From contig CAVYFA010000001.1 of the NCBI GenBank assembly GCA_963767715.1, positions 67,517 to 131,516 of the forward strand: 64,000 nucleotides of DNA. The letters run 5' to 3'. Positions within the stretch are counted from its first letter, which is position 1. Each line of letters opens with the position of its first letter. Of the stretch, positions 31,184 through 42,692 are shown one piece after another. The notes beneath the pieces were generated by a model, which searched no databases, had not been told where the DNA came from, and worked only from the letters and a program-made list of their open reading frames with translations. The DNA is from an uncultured Chloroflexia bacterium (lineage in GTDB: Bacteria > Chloroflexota > Ktedonobacteria > Ktedonobacterales > Ktedonobacteraceae). The position numbers and the translations under genes were made by a program.

Positions 31184-32782
31184 TTGCTTAAAATTTTACA
31201 GAGGGGAGAACAGTTTCCATTGGACGATCAAAAACGCGCCGTCAATGCCAATACTATTCTCACAGGTCAGGAAGTCGATCAGGGAGCTACTCCACCCGGC
31301 CAGTCCAGTGCTGGGGGAGGGGGGCATCAGCCAGCGGGTGACGACAGTAATGCGACCCTCTGGCAAGAGCTCTCACCGATCCTTGCTCCGATCCCATTCG
31401 CCATCGTTATCTTCCTTTTTTCCTTGCTCGCCAATGCCCGTGGTATCTACTATATCACCCCCTTACCACTCGGCATGATCTTGCTCGCCCTGGTCGTCAT
31501 CCAGGGGACCTGCCTGTATTACGCCGGCAACCGACAGACGCTCTGGATGTTGTCACTCATCGGCGGCTACGTGTTGTTCGTGCTGGTCGGGGCGTATGTC
31601 TTCTTCGGCCTGGGCGGCAGCCTGTTCACCCTCGTGTTGCTCATCATCCTGGGGTTGCTCTTTGGCCGCCGCTTCACTCGCCAGGTGCCGGTGGGCTATG
31701 TCGACGTGGTCGTGACACCCAGCGGGCGCAGTCACACCCTGACTTCTGGCTTCAACTTGATTTACCCCTGGGAAAAAACCCTTGTGCGCCTGCCCACCAA
31801 AGAGATCAGGTGGAGGACCACTCCCCCGGTGCATGTCACGATTTCGCGCGATCAGGAGGCCGATATCGTCGCCGACATCACGTATCAACTGGCAGAGGAT
31901 GTCGCCGATATTGCCGTGCTGCACATGGCGAGTTGGGAAGAGGATTTGCACCAGTATTTTCTCGCCGATTTGAAGAGTATCATCAATGACATCCCTTCTA
32001 ACGAGATCTTAAGCTGGGCCGATCATTTCCATGACCACTCCGCCGTAAGCGACGATCCGGCCAACCCCGTAGTCGAGACGCGCTGGGATCGCTTGAATAA
32101 GAAACTGCTGTGGCATTTGCAAAGTGAGATGGCGCAGCGCGGCATCCAGGTCAACATGGTCCATGTGCAGGATATTACGGTGCTCTCGCACCACTCCTTC
32201 GCCAATGCGCCGACGCGCCCAATGATGGATACGGTGCCGTATCGCGGCCAACAGCCACAACAGCCACGTCAGCCACAGCCGCAGCGGCAGTATTCCGTGC
32301 CGCCATCTCCACCACCTCAATTACAGCCGCATCTACCTCAACAGCCACCTACCGAGACTTTCAAGGCGCCAGCACCCCCGCCGGTGCAAGCGCAGCAAGC
32401 ACCTCAGGAACAGGCGACTCAGTCTCCCAGGATAGTGCTGCCAGCATCAACCGTGAATGTGTCGGCCCCCTTGCGTCCAGGCGTAATCCAGGGCATGCTC
32501 AATTCGTACAAGGCAGTCAACGATCAGCTCATCAATGACCCGAATTTCATCATGGAGCTGGCGGCACGCTTCAAGGCGGTCGCCGATAACCCCGAAGCCA
32601 ATGCGCAATTTCCCGTTGACGCTGAGAAAGCTGCCTACAACCTGCTCCGTCGCGCCAACTTGATCCTGGAATCGGAAGAACACCATCACCACGGCGGCCA
32701 GGCTCCGGCCGCCGTGCCGGTAGAACGCAAGCCACACCGCCCGCCTAACCCGCCCAACGATAACCTGGCGTATGGAGGGTAG
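31184..32782 (+). CDS. Membrane protein with an SPFH/band-7-like domain and a Pro/Gln-rich C-terminal low-complexity region
   Basis: Three to four N-terminal TM helices. 'VPVGYVDVVVTPSGRSHTLTSGFNLIYPWEKTLVRLPTKEIRW...VTISRDQEADIVADITYQL' resembles the SPFH fold. The C-terminus is 'QQPQQPRQPQPQRQYSVPPSPPPQLQPHLPQQPP'. Confidence 0.45.
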   Translation: MLKILQRGEQFPLDDQKRAVNANTILTGQEVDQGATPPGQSSAGGGGHQPAGDDSNATLWQELSPILAPIPFAIVIFLFSLLANARGIYYITPLPLGMILLALVVIQGTCLYYAGNRQTLWMLSLIGGYVLFVLVGAYVFFGLGGSLFTLVLLIILGLLFGRRFTRQVPVGYVDVVVTPSGRSHTLTSGFNLIYPWEKTLVRLPTKEIRWRTTPPVHVTISRDQEADIVADITYQLAEDVADIAVLHMASWEEDLHQYFLADLKSIINDIPSNEILSWADHFHDHSAVSDDPANPVVETRWDRLNKKLLWHLQSEMAQRGIQVNMVHVQDITVLSHHSFANAPTRPMMDTVPYRGQQPQQPRQPQPQRQYSVPPSPPPQLQPHLPQQPPTETFKAPAPPPVQAQQAPQEQATQSPRIVLPASTVNVSAPLRPGVIQGMLNSYKAVNDQLINDPNFIMELAARFKAVADNPEANAQFPVDAEKAAYNLLRRANLILESEEHHHHGGQAPAAVPVERKPHRPPNPPNDNLAYGG

Positions 32783-32819
32783 TGTTTGGGGATGTGTAGC
32801 TTGTTGGGAATCTACTCAA

Positions 32820-34827
32820 CTATTTCGAATCCTCACGAGTTTGTTCGATCAAGGTCGTAATTTCCTTTATAAGGGCCTTCTCGATAGAATAGGGGATAAC
32901 CTCGTGCAGACATTGTTCTGCAAGTGAAATGATATACATTTTGCTCTTATCATCCGCCGTGTGAAAAACTTTGAGAAGTTCTCTCATTATGCGATTCGTG
33001 ATACTTCTATCTTTACGGCTTAAATATGCTACAGCGAGCAAAAATGGTTCCCACCAGGTTTTATCAGGGTAAGATCCTTTAGTAACCAAATCCCTAACTA
33101 CGAACGAGCGAGCACGCCGATGATTGATGTTGCGAATGATATAGCGAGCAGCAAAATATTCTTGAAAAGTCTGATGATAAAATCCATATTCATTACCTAC
33201 ACAACGAACAAAAAGGCCACTGCGTTCACGAATACGCTCTAAAAATTGCTCAGCATCTTGCACTAAGTTAGTATTCATTGAGTGCCTTAGTGAAAGAATA
33301 ACTTCATCATGAGGTATAAATTTACGACCTTCTGACTGCATCGTTACAGCAAGGTCACCAAGACAGTTTATGGCCCAAGATTCTCGATTGGTGGAAGCGC
33401 CCTGCTTTCGCTATGACCTTCTAGTAGAAGACTTGTAGCTACTTCAAATAGTTCAATGCGTTGGCTAGGGAAATCCACTTTCTCCTCCCGAAAAAAAACC
33501 ACTACTAACAAGTAAAGCAACAAAGGATTGCTTGCTAGGTATTCCAAGTGAACATCACTATTAATAGCATCACCCAGGGTTTTCGCTCTTTTCTTTGCTT
33601 CGTCCAAAACCTCATTTTGTCTTAAATGAAAGCCTGGATTATTGGTAGCAAATTCGCGGCAATAGTCATTTAATAATTGTTCGATCTGAGTCCGTGTCAA
33701 GAGCGCGAGGGTGTAGAAAAAACATTCTACATCAGGAAATGCGTTGTGATCGAAACAAGCGGCTCGTGAAGTAATAAGGAAGCGATTATAAAAAGCAAGG
33801 CGTCCTCTCTTATAATATTTGATAAAACCATTGATGTCTCTCTGGACCCGAATGCGAATTTCTCTACCTACCTCGTCTAAACCATCAAATAACACAATGC
33901 ATCTCCCATCTTTCAGATACCTTTGAAGGATAGGAAAATGATCTTTCCAGTTTTCCTGCAAATATGATGTGATGGTAGCATCCATATGTCCGTCCTCGAT
34001 AAATTTAACATACTCTCTTAAGTTCAACAATATAGGAAATAATAGGGGATGAAGGCTTTGAAATACAGACAAATTGTAAATAAAATCGCTGCTCTTAAGA
34101 ATTGACGCTGCATTATTTAATCTGAGAAGCACGAGCATTCGCTCAGCAATATCATGCCAGCGATTTAGATGCTTAGTGGCCATATGGAAAGCAAGCCCTG
34201 CTAAGAGGGTGCTTTTCCCCATACCAGGATAACCGAGAATGACAGCTACCGGTCTTTCTCTCGTCAATCCATTCCAAATATAAGGAAAGTTGATTCTATT
34301 ATCCTCTTCAAGAGGTCCATACCAGCTTTTCTCATTCTTGAATAGCAGATACTCCTCAAATAGAGAGTTATTATTAATAGGAAATTCGTCATCGGCGTAT
34401 TCGGGTAGAAATCAGGAGAGGAAAAAATTGTCTTTAGCAAGGCGCTTCGACCTCTTATGTAAGTAGGGAGTCCTTCTGGAATAAGCATTTCCGTTTCCAC
34501 CTTCACGGAATGGAGATAATCACTCAACAACTTTCTTTGTGAAGGAGGGATTTCGACATCTCTTACTAAGAAGAAAAGGAATCGCAAGAGAAAGAGTATC
34601 AAAAATAGTAGGATGACGCTAATTGGATTTTGAAAACTCCATTCAAAAGCAGATCGGAGGTGATTAAGCCATAATTGGGGTAATGGTATAATTGGGCTTA
34701 CAGTATTGGCTACTATATCCACGAAAACGGCAAGAATAACAGAAATAAATACAAAATTTATGATAGGATTTAAAGTGCGGGATACTTTTGCAAGGAAAAC
34801 ACGTTGAGTAGAATCTTTATCTTGCAC
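32820..34827 (-). CDS. STAND NTPase (NACHT-like) with an N-terminal transmembrane region, on AT-rich DNA; currently split into three ORFs (34264-34827, 33368-34267, 32820-33341)
   Basis: Walker A 'VAVILGYPGMGKSTLLAGL', Walker B 'CIVLFDGLDEV', 'FLITSRAACF' (the NACHT arginine/sensor region) and a helical C-terminal extension. The upstream ORF encodes about four TM helices and overlaps by ATGA. GC is far lower than the surrounding genome. Confidence 0.6.
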
Positions 34828-35126
34828 GTTCGAACCCTTTCTACTGCAGAAACACGTTGTCTTTTCGGCTTATCAGATCAAGCTAGCAATTCGTTTTTCA
34901 GTGTAAAATGGTAGTGACGTTTGCGTTGTTTCGTGTAATAGCATTTACACAAGAGTAATAGAATGCTTGACACGAAATATTAATCAGAATATACTACCAA
35001 AGTATAAATAAATCAATTAAGGAATTGGGTTGAATTTGTTTTCGGATTAGTAGAAGGCGCTTTCTACAGAGGAAAAAGGCTTATGGAGCCCTATAACTTG
35101 TCGGCAAAAAGAGAGGAATAGTACTT

Positions 35127-35752
35127 ATGGAAGACCTCGAATCCCAGGATAGCCACGATTCACTATCTTTCGAACCTGCCAGTTCAGCAGTCGAAACCGC
35201 TGAGATGGAAGTTGCTAATTCATCCTCCATGGGGATATACCGGGATGTAATCGAGCAGGCGATTTTGCCACTACTTGTGGAATTGCGCGAACTTCGCCAG
35301 GACTTCGATACCAAGATCAAGTATGACGAGAGCAAAGAACGTCAGGTAGACAGCCTCCACAGAGAGTTGCAAAGCTACCGTGAGGGACTGCATTTTAAGA
35401 TTTACGCCCCCTCTTCATCGACCTCATCGCTGTGTATGATGATTTTGCTAAGCTCACAGAGAGTATGTCACTCCTTGAGTCGAATGATATCTCAAGTCAA
35501 ACCGTTGACAATCTGAGGTCATTCCAGGAAACGATTGAAGATATTTTAAATCGTAATGGGGTCGAGTCCTATAGCGTTGAAGGAGATAATTATATTCCCA
35601 ACCGGCAGCGCGTCTTGCAGGTCGTTGACACATTCGACCCTGCACAGGATAGGCTGGTTGCACGCCGAATACGTAAGGGTTTTGAGTATGAGGGCCGGGT
35701 GATACGTCCTGAAATCATCGCAACGTATAAAACTAGACAGGACAAAGAATAA
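35127..35752 (+). CDS. GrpE-like nucleotide exchange factor (frameshift at the CCCCC run ~35405)
   Basis: The C-terminal ORF 'FDPAQDRLVARRIRKGFEYEGRVIRPEIIATYK' matches the GrpE β-domain. N-terminal helical region is present. The frame break coincides with a 5-C homopolymer. Confidence 0.6.
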
Positions 35753-35808
35753 CCATTTCCTTTAACTAGAAAGTGATTCAGATAAAATTTAGATACTAGA
35801 GAGGAAGA

Positions 35809-37482
35809 ATGATAATGAGCAACGAGGAAACCGTAGTATTCGGGATCGACCTCGGTACAACCTATTCGTGTATCGCTTATGTTGATGAGTATGGCAAGCC
35901 GGAAGTCGTCACAAATGAAGAGGGTGAACGTACAACCCCCTCTGTCGTTTTGTTTGAAAGCGCTGATGAAAGGGTCGTGGGTAAGGTCGCCAAAGAAAGT
36001 GCGGTGCTCTACCCAACGAAAGTGATCCAGATGGTGAAACGACATATGGGTGAGGAGAACTGGGAGCTCGAGTGTGATGGATTGCATTTCACCGCCGAGG
36101 AAATATCTTCCTACATTCTGCGCAAGCTGGCAAAGGATACAGAAGCTCAACTCGGCCGCCCGGTCACAGACGTGGTGATTACTTGCCCTGCCTATTTTGG
36201 TATTGCTGAGCGCGAGGCTACCGCCAACGCCGGAGAAATAGCCGGGCTGAACGTGCGTGAGGTGATTAACGAGCCAACCGCAGCAGCTATTGTTTACGGC
36301 CTCCAGAATGAACAGGATCAGGTTGTACTTGTCTATGACTTGGGCGGTGGTACCTTTGATATCACGGTGATCGAGATTAAAGCTGGCACAATTACCGTTG
36401 TGGCTACGGGCGGTGACCACAATCTGGGAGGCAAAGATTGGGATGCCGTAATTGTGGAATATCTGGCGCAGCAATGGATGGATGAGGCTAGTTCCTCGGA
36501 CGATCCCACAAGTTCTGAGGAGACATTACAGGACCTGTGGTTACGCGCGGAATCAGCAAAGCGGACACTCTCCGCTAAACAGGAAACCAATGTTCCTGTC
36601 ACTCATGCAGGCCAGCGCAAGGGAATTGTATTAACACGCGACAAATTCAACGAACTGACTAACAATTTGCTCGAAAGAACTATAGATTTTACCAAATCAA
36701 CGATTGAGGCAGCGAAGAGTCGCGGCTACACGCAATTTGATCAAATTTTGCTGGTGGGTGGCTCGACTCGCATGCCTCAGGTACAGGAACGCTTGAAGGC
36801 AGAGTTTAGTATCCCACTCAAGATGCATGATCCTGATGAGTCGGTCGCGAAAGGCGCCGCGATCTACGCACAGAAACTGACGCTCGATCAGAAGATCCAG
36901 CATAAAATTGCTGAGCTAACAGGCACAAAGATTGATAATGTTGATCAATCCAAGGTCTCTGAGCAGGTGCTGGAGCGTGCGCAACAGGAAGTAGCTCGCG
37001 ATTTCAGGCTTAAAAATCGGCATGGTGAAAAAGTACGCCGAGATGGAAGTTACCAACGTGGCAAGCCACAGTTTCGGTATTATCGCGATAGATGCAAGGA
37101 CAAACTCGGAGGTCATCTCCAACATTGTGCTTGCCAACCAACCCGTCCCCGCTTTCCAGACGAAAACATTCCATACCCTTGAAGCGGGGCAGCGTGAAGC
37201 CGACTCAAAGTCATGGAGAACGGATACGAGACTGAGGTCGTCAACGACATCACTGCTGGTGAAGAGATTGGCAAAGCGTTGCTGTCATTGCCTTCTGGAT
37301 TGCCCATCAATACACCGGTCGAGGTCACGTTTGAGCTAAACCGAGAAGGGAGGCTCCAGGTGATCGGTCGAGAACCAAGAAGCAATGCAACTATCGAGGT
37401 TACTGTACAGACGAAGCGGGGAATGTCTGAAGAAGAGGTGGAGCAGGCGAAGACTCGTGCAAACCGTGTAGCCATTTCATAG
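35809..37482 (+). CDS. Divergent Hsp70/DnaK-family ATPase (#1), ~555 aa, two apparent frameshifts in the substrate-binding-like region (~37030-37210)
   Basis: NBD motifs 'VFGIDLGTTYSCIAY', 'DLGGGTFDITVIEI', 'GGSTRMPQVQERL', 'DPDESVAKGAAIYA'. The C-terminal β-rich segment continues in ORFs 37022-37339 and 37213-37482. Confidence 0.85.
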
Positions 37483-37567
37483 TCGGTGCGTAATAATTTT
37501 GTAAAAATGTAATTGACGACATCTAGTTTAAGTACCAATCAGGGGCCTTCCCTAGAGGGAGGATAGG

Positions 37568-39645
37568 TTGAATAGTTTTGTCGGCATCGATCTCGGAACA
37601 ACTTACTCCGTGATTGCCTTCATCAATGCAAACGGCAAGCCAGAAATTATCCCTAACGAGTATGGACATGCGACGACTCCTTCAGTCGTCTACCTTGGTG
37701 GCGAGAAGCTGGTTGTCGGCGAAGATGCCAAAGAATTCCAGGCCATGGGGAAACAGGAGGTTGCCTCTTTTTTCAAGCGCAACATGGACGATATCTACTT
37801 TATGCTGTCGTTCAATGGAAGAACTACACTCCTGTAGACCTCTCAGCAGAAGTTCTTGCGTATATGAAAGCCCAGGCAGAGCGTCATTTGGGCAGTCCGG
37901 TAATCGATGCCGTGATTACTGTTCCTGCCTATTTCACACACGTGCAACGTTCCGCAACAATCAAAGCCGGGCGTAAGGCGGGCTTGAACGTCCTTAAGAT
38001 TATAAGCGAACCTACTGCCGCCGCACTGGCCTATGGGTTGCGCCCCAGCAACGAAAGACAGCGCGTGCTGGTTTACGACCTTGGTGGTGGCACCTTTGAC
38101 ATTTCGTTAGTTGAGATTACTCCCAACGAAATCAAAGTGCTGACCACTAATGGAGATCACAATCTGGGTGGCAAAGACTGGGATGATCGCTTAATAGAAT
38201 ACGTCGATAGCCTGTTCCGTGCGGAATTCAGCACGGACCTGATTGGGGACGACTTTAGCGAGTTGCGCATCCAGTCTGAAAGACTTAAGCAAACACTCTC
38301 TTCGCGCCAAAGCGGGGAGGTCCGCGTGCAGGCAGCAGGCAATGCCGGTACCTATTCAGTGACAAGGGAGAAGTTCGAGGAGCTTACGCTCGACTTAATG
38401 GAACGCACACAAATGCTGACAGAGCTTGTCTTGTCTGAAAAAGGCCTGACCTGGCAAGACCTCGATGGCGTTTTGCCCGTTGGCGGTTCGACCCGGATGC
38501 CAATGGTGCGTAACTATATCCAGCGTATGTCGGGGAAACCTCCCATGGCGGGCATCAATCCCGACGAAGCGGTTGCTCTGGGCGCTGCCATTCAAGCAGG
38601 CATGGAGATAGAGACGGGGCGAGATGCCAATCAGCCGATTTTTCGCCTAGCTGGGCGTAAATCCACCACAGACGTGATCGCTCACAGCCTGGGCATGATT
38701 GCAGTAAACGACGACCGTACGCGCTATATCAATAGTATTCTAATCGGAAAAGACCTGGAAATACCCTCAGCAAAAACACGACCTTACACAATGAACATCC
38801 GCCAACGGAGCGAGACGGAAATGGAGGTCTTTTTGACGCAGGGCGAGAGCGAAGACCCCCAGCAATGCGCCTATCTTGGCCGATATATCTTCTCAGATTT
38901 TCCGCCCATTGCCAGTAAAACAACGCCTGTGGATGTAACCTATGAGTACGATAAAAATGGTGTCGTGCACGTCTCCGCTGTCGAACGTTCAGCCGGTACG
39001 CCCTTGAAATTGCGTGTCGAGCCGGTTCCTCCTGATGTACCAGCGCGTTTTACCGGGTCGCCTAAAGATCAAGAAGTGCGCGAACATTTAACGGTATACC
39101 TGGCCTTCGACCTTTCTGGCAGTATGAGCGGTCGCCCACTTAAAGAAGCGAAGCGAGCCGCCGAGAAATTTGTCAGTCAGTGCGACTTGTCCTCTACCTC
39201 GCTAGGCTTGATCTCCTTCTCGGATAGCGTACAAGTTGACCAGAGCGCAACTCAAAATGGGAGAGAGATCATGCGGGCCATTGCCGGTCTCACCATCGGG
39301 CGAACCGGATATGGAAACCTCGGTCACCCCTTTAATGAATTATATAATCGCCTGATGCAGGCTCCAGGTATACGTTATGCAATCGTGTTGGCCGATGGTG
39401 TCTGGTCCCACCAGGACACCGCTATCAAGCACGCGAAACATTGCCATGAGGCTGGCATTGAAATAATCGCCATCGGCTTTGGAGGAGCCGATCGCGCATT
39501 CCTTGCGAAAATCGCATCGTCGTCCGAACAGAGTTTTTTCACAGACATGAGTCGGCTGGCAGAAACATTCAGCACCATCGCTCAGGAACTGACAGAGTCG
39601 GGAGGCGAAAAACGGCCCTTTGGAAAATTGGGCTGGAAGCCTTAA
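37568..39645 (+). CDS. Hsp70/DnaK-family ATPase (#2) fused to a C-terminal von Willebrand factor A (vWA) domain; one frameshift ~37815-37825 (aaa to aa)
   Basis: NBD 'FVGIDLGTTYSVIAF', 'DLGGGTFDISLVEI', 'GGSTRMPMVRNY', 'NPDEAVALGAAIQA'. C-terminal MIDAS 'VYLAFDLSGSMSG' plus 'IVLADGVW'. GGGAGGA RBS with a TTG start. Confidence 0.85.
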
Positions 39646-39681
39646 ACGAGAGTAGTTATAGAAGCGGAGATCTCGTAAAAA

Positions 39682-42600
39682 ATGGCTGGAGAGCAAACGA
39701 CCGCCAAACCTAACTTTTTCATTCTGCTCGGGTTCCATCCCGATGATCCCTGGGATCAGAAGAAGTTTGAGGAGACGCTGAAAGCGAAACGCGGTGAATG
39801 GTCGCGCAAAAGCAGCGGCGTAGGTAATGTGGAATGGAGGCCAGGAGAAATCTCGCGCTCTACGGTGAGATTAAGCAGTCATGGCCGACAAGACCAGGCG
39901 CGACGCCGAGGCAGAAGCAGCCAGAAAGGAACGGCTGGCGGGGCAAAGCGCGAAAATAGACCAGTTCGAGCGGCAGGTAGAAATGCTCGCCAGAAAAAGC
40001 TTTCTGGAACAAACCGAAGTTGACAGACTGGTTGCTGACTTTAAGGATGTTCTCACAGAACGAGAGATCAGAGCCGTATTAAAGTGCCGGTTAAAGCATC
40101 CGATCCCCAGGTCGGAAAAACGCAACAACAACTTGAGCCAGCGACTGTCAAGGCCATCAACCAGCGGCTCCAACCGCTCCAAAAGAAAGACCTCTATGAC
40201 TTGCTGGGGATGTCACCGAGCGTCTCAAGCGATCAACTTCTCAAGGCCGCACAAGCACTGGCCGAAGATATGCTGCGCCGCCAGCCAAAGACGCAGGAAG
40301 TCACCATGCAGGCGGAACTGGCGGGTCACGCAAAAACGATTTTCAAAACCCAGGAGATGCGCCAGAAGTACAACGAATCTTTGCGTTATAGCACTCTGAA
40401 TGCGCTTTTAGAGGAGTTTGAGCAAACCGTCGCCATTCAAAAGGGTCGCCTTTATGCCGGGCAGGTGGCCACGTTTCTGGAACAGGCAGCCCGCGCGCGC
40501 TGGTCAAAGGAAGAAGCGCGCGCCAAGTTGAACGAGTATGCCAAAAAGCGAAGTTGGTTGTCGAGGTGCCGACTATCGAGATCGGCAACGAGAAACAGCG
40601 CTGCGGTGACTGTGAAACGATGAACGACAAAGGGCGCGAATATTGTGTCAAGTGCAACGGTCAACTCCGTTTCACCTGCCCAGATTGCGGCAACGCTGTT
40701 AGCTCTGACGAAGTTGGATGCGGCAAATGTGGTTTTCCCGTTGGCAATCGCTACTGGGTCGATAGCCTTCTCACTGAATGCCAGACGCTGCTGACTCAGC
40801 ACGATCTGAAGGCTGCCAATGAGCAACTCATGCTGGCGGAAGAGGCCTGGACGCCAAAGAAACCCGATACCCGTCTCAAGCGGATCCAGGAGTATCGCGC
40901 CGAAATCCGCCGCCATGAGCAGGCTCAACAGCAGAATATTGAGCAACTGAAAGCATATATCAATAAGCACCAATTCTTCACCGCGCGCGATTACCTGGCA
41001 CAGCAGCCACCGGATGCCCTCCCCGATAAAGAGAGCTATCTGCAAATCATCACGGGCGAAATTACCCAGGCCCAGGCACTGCTTAAAAAGACCAGGACAA
41101 TCACCGATACTACTCAGAAGTTTGATCTGTGTGTTCAGGCGCTGCGCATCTGCACAGATTATCAAGAGGCGCGAGATGTCTTGAGCACTACCCCACCTTC
41201 CCCCCCCAAGAATCTCAGCGTAAAGGTTGGCGACTCCACAATCAGCTTACAGTGGAACCCCTCGCCGACACGCGACGTCAGCTACATAATTGTGCGTAAA
41301 ACGCGCTCGCGGCCGGTATCGGTGAAAGACGGGCAAATTCTCGCAAGGGTCGGCGGGCGCATGTACGATGACACACAACCGGAAATTGGCATATCGACCT
41401 TCTACTCCGTTTTTGCTGCCTTTGAAGATATTACTTCTATCGAGGCCGCCACACTGCAGCACCCCATTATGCTTACAGCAGAAGTGGAAGACATAAAAAA
41501 GCGTATTGACAATCGGCTGGTCGAGCTGACCTGGAAAGCTCCTCAAAATGTTCATACAATCATGGTTGTGCGCAAGGAGAAAATGGCTCCTGCTTCCGTC
41601 GAGGACGGGGTAAAGGTCGCGCCGCTAGACCTGCAGCACTTGGTTGATCGAACCGTGAAAAACGAGTGCCTCTACTTTTATAGCATTTTCTGTCAGTTCA
41701 AAGATCATGATGCACGCATTATCACAACGACAGGGATGACGGTAAACGCAACACCAGAAACGCCTCCTGAGATCATCCGGCGTTGGATATTTCGAGCCAG
41801 AAAGTTGTCAAGGGCTACGATGTAAAGCTGCGTTGGGCCACACCCCCCAAGGGTGAGGTCGTCATACTTAAATCAGCGCAGCCTCTTGCTGTGAGAGCCG
41901 GTGAAGCACTGGCGATACGCGAACTCACCCGCTTTGGAAATTTACTGAAAGAACATCCCGATTCCTGCACCGATCGAGAGGCACATCCAGGTGTCGCATA
42001 CTACACGCCGGTCGTTATTTTTCAGGGTACCGCCTATGTCGGTGCGGCGCAACGTCTTGCGTTGATAGACGACGTGAGCGATCTCAGATATCAAAATCTC
42101 GGCTCGGCCATACGTTTAAACTGGAACTGGCCCGCGAATTGCCAGGAGGCTATAGTCGCCTTCGACTATAATGGGTATCCGCAGTTAAACGGCAGAACGC
42201 CCAATGCGCACAAAGTGATGCGCGCAGAATATGAGCACAGAGGATTTTATGATATTCGCGGAAACATGGAGCGAGATCACTATATCGTCGTGGCGGCAGT
42301 AATCCGGCAGGGCAATGACGAGATAATTGGTCCTGGCGCACGGGTGCAGGCTCGCCTGATCAGCAAGATTGTTCTGAGCTATGAGATCAAGCTTCCACGC
42401 TTGTTCGGCCCAAAGAAGCGTATACTCAGCATCTCATCGCGTACGGCAGGCAAATTGCCCAACCTGCTACTGGTGAGCAAACAGGGCCGATTGCCCTTGC
42501 GCCGGGAGGAAGGTGAAGCCTATTTTCGCCTGCAGGGGCCAATCCCGATTGAGAGTACGCTGGAATTTGAATTGCCGGACAAGTCGTTCGGCCCTAAAAC

Positions 42601-42688
42601 GTTCGGCAAACTCTATCTTGAAGATGATGGACTGTATGAGATGGTGACGATTCACCATCCCAGCGAAGATAAGTTGAGGCTTTCATAA
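39682..42688 (+). CDS. Large multidomain protein (~1000 aa, 3-4 frameshifts): degenerate J-like N-terminal segments, a double zinc ribbon and four FN3-like β-sandwich repeats
   Basis: 'NFFILLGFHPDDPWDQKKFEETLKAKRGEW' and 'DLYDLLGMSPSVSSDQLLKAAQAL' look like J-domain helices but lack HPD. 'CGDCETMN...CVKCNG...CPDCGNAV...CGKCGFPV' is a double zinc ribbon. Repeats are marked by 'PPKNLSVKVGDSTISLQWNPS', 'LVELTWKAPQN', 'VKLRWATPPKG', 'IRLNWNWPAN'. Confidence 0.45.
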
Positions 42689-42692
42689 TGCA

